A stretch of DNA of 63,670 nt, filler included, from Gonapodya sp. JEL0774 (Eukaryota), in NCBI GenBank assembly GCA_027604505.1. It is 25 parts of 25 records of this genome, joined end to end, with 100 filler letters (N's around TTAATTAATTAA, not from the genome) between each part and the next. Parts side by side here need not be neighbours in the genome. Positions count along the whole stretch, not along the records: positions 61,236 to 63,670 come from JADIIX010001930.1; 24 more parts are not named here. One strand, 5' to 3'. Numbering within the stretch: position 1 is the first letter of the stretch; every line of letters begins with the position of its first letter. Both the position numbers and the translations under genes were made by a program. Below, piece after piece: positions 61,757 to 63,670 of the stretch. The notes under the pieces are model-generated. The model worked only from the letters and a program-made list of their open reading frames with translations. It made no database searches and was not told where the DNA came from.

Positions 61757-62140
61757 TTGACAGCGATGTTGAAGTCAGTGGGGTTCAACATTACTGGATG
61801 GGCACCACGATCAGCAGTCCTCGCATACACTGCCTTCATCCACCCGGTTACGGAATCTGGAGTTGAGCCGATGCTCCCTTCAGCCCCTTTGCTGCAGATC
61901 CACCAGAAGTGCCAGGAGGATGCTCTTCGCACGATCTGGAATGCCCCTCGCCACACCAGTTGTGATGCCATGCACGGAGTGCTTGGAGTGCAGCCCTTTG
62001 AGCTTCGTGCACGGGAGTTGCCCTTGTTATCATCTGGACGCATTCACAATGCTCTGGATGACACCATTCTTGGAGTGGGAGTGTGGCAACGCAGACTTTG
62101 ATCCACGCCCCCGGCGGGATTGATCCTGCATGCAGAAATG
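61757..62140 (+). mobile_element. Non-LTR (LINE-type) retrotransposon relic, post-RT region
   Basis: YTAFIHPVTESG...QKCQEDALRTIWNAPRHTSCDAMHGVLGVQPFELR resembles the LINE Y..IRP.LEYG...Q..ALR.I..A...TS..AL..LG..P..R segment. Confidence 0.55.
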
Positions 62141-62438
62141 TGTGGTGGTTCGCGGCGGAACCGCTGGGTTTCTGTCCCAAAACTCAATATTTATGTCTCA
62201 ACTCCCGTCCAATGTGTCACCAAGCAGTTACAGCTGAGCCGCCAGCACAACTAAGATCACTAGAAAATTCTCCAAACTACTCTATATGCATCAATATACT
62301 ATAGATATCACATCTATCCAAGGAACAGGTGCCGCAACCAGGGGTGACGCATGGGGATGAACGGGGACTACTGCTGTCGTGCTTGTGGGGTCACGTGACT
62401 CCAGCTAAACTCCCGCTTTTAGCCGTCGTCTCACAACA
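62141..62438 (-). repeat. 3' LTR of chromoviral gypsy element (left boundary tentative)
   Basis: On the minus strand, PPT-like GGGGAG precedes TGTTGTGAG at 62438; imperfect inverted end TGTGGTGG at 62141; second copy at 17770. Confidence 0.65.
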
Positions 62439-62483
62439 CTCCCCGGGGTTCTCAAAACCGAGTCCCACTCGAGCAATTCGTGT

Positions 62484-63670
62484 TCACATATACCACTCGT
62501 ACATCGGTAAGGTGGTTGGGTCAGCATCAGGTGGTGCGGTGCGACGTTCTTCATCAACGTATTCTCGCAGCGGCTTACGGCACTGTGCAAATCCTCTACG
62601 GCGAGCGCGGCGCGTGAGGATCTTCCCGTCCGGACAGGGCTGGTTGCGTTCGTACGCATCAATAAGGACGTCGGCTCCCAGGAGGCCTTCGGGTTGCCAC
62701 TCTGGTGTAGCATACCCACGGAACTTCACGAGGTATTTGACCAGTGCCCCTTTGGTTTCGGGTTGCACTTTCTTGTCGAGGACAGCTTCCACCACGTAGG
62801 TTGGTTGGAAGTCAGGGCCCAGGTCAACGTGAGCTATGTCTTGCTGAGCAACTGCAGGATCAACTGGTGCTTGCATCTCGTGATTTGAGTGAGCTGGTGT
62901 AGCACTCATGCGTGCCGGGTCTGGGATGTAATGAGTCACCCATGGCTGGAATCTTTGCATGCAACTGACATGGGCAGTCATCTCATGCTTGGTGCTGATA
63001 CGGCTTACTTGGAAAAGGTTCTCGCTGACCTTCCCAGTGATGCGGTATGGGCCAATCCAGCGGGAGATGAGCTTCGTACTCTCCCCTTTTCGATGAGATT
63101 CCGCGTAGTACACCATGACAAGTTGGTTGATGTCAAAAGCAGTAACAGATGCAGTGTGGTCATAAGCAGCTTGATGGATCTTCCTCTGCTGGTGCATATG
63201 TGTGCGTAATTGGTCATATGCATGGGCTAGGACAGCAGTGGCGGTTGGCACGTCTTGGGGCCTCGTTCGAAGGGGTTTGGTGACACCAGGAAATAGCAGG
63301 TCTGCTGGGAGCCTTGCATCTCTCAAATGGTTGAGGAAGAAGGGCGTGTCCCCTAGAGCTTGATGGACAGTGGTCTGATATGTGAACAGGATGGGTTCAA
63401 TTACTACATCCCAATTGGTATGACTGACATTGATGTGTGCTGTCAGAGCGTCATTGATAAAGCAATGTGGGCGTTTGATCAGCGAGTTGGACTCAGGATG
63501 ATATGCAGCTGAGAGCATGTGCTGGAAGCCACAAAGCTTTGCCAAGTTTTGCATGACACGGTTTACAAAGTGCTTCACATTGTCGGAATGCAAGCGTAAG
63601 AAAACACCGTGTCGACAAATCCAGTGTCGAAAAATGGCATCTGCCATCACTTCAGCAGACATCGATGGGA
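62484..63670 (-). mobile_element. Ty3/gypsy chromovirus integrase + chromodomain (decayed)
   Basis: LHSDN, AYHPESN, TPFFL, WIGPYRI (GPY/F motif), YVVEAVLDKK...YLVKFRGYATPEWQP chromodomain. Confidence 0.92.

Overview
Eukaryotic, intron-rich DNA, most likely from an early-diverging (chytrid-like) fungus. Evidence: short GT-AG introns, a fungal transcription-factor domain, and MTRR- and CCDC33-like genes. The window is not contiguous. It is 25 unplaced contigs of about 2.44-2.47 kb, sorted by decreasing length and joined by 24 artificial 100-nt linkers (N44-TTAATTAATTAA-N44), so neighbourhood arguments hold only within one contig. Most contigs carry partial conserved genes (RBM42, Nudix CoA diphosphatase, enolase, mitochondrial RF1, MTRR, SDR, RING-H2, calponin, patatin lipase, MRPL6, FMP27, TRP4 and others) or transposon relics (copia, chromoviral gypsy, LINE). 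The most unusual locus is contig 1. A spliced gene missed by the ORF track encodes a ParB/Srx-like domain (IVDGWHR) and lies about 475 bp from a 12-unit, ~76-bp-period array of 45-bp palindromes with covarying arms. Also notable: a head-to-head pair of PB1-domain paralogues, an Agd3/CE18-like secreted protein, a bacterial-type PaiB gene with introns, a gag-protease-only copia element, an LRR gene with one repeat per 84-nt exon, and strong local CpG depletion. All calls come from manual reading and motif recognition; no searches were run.
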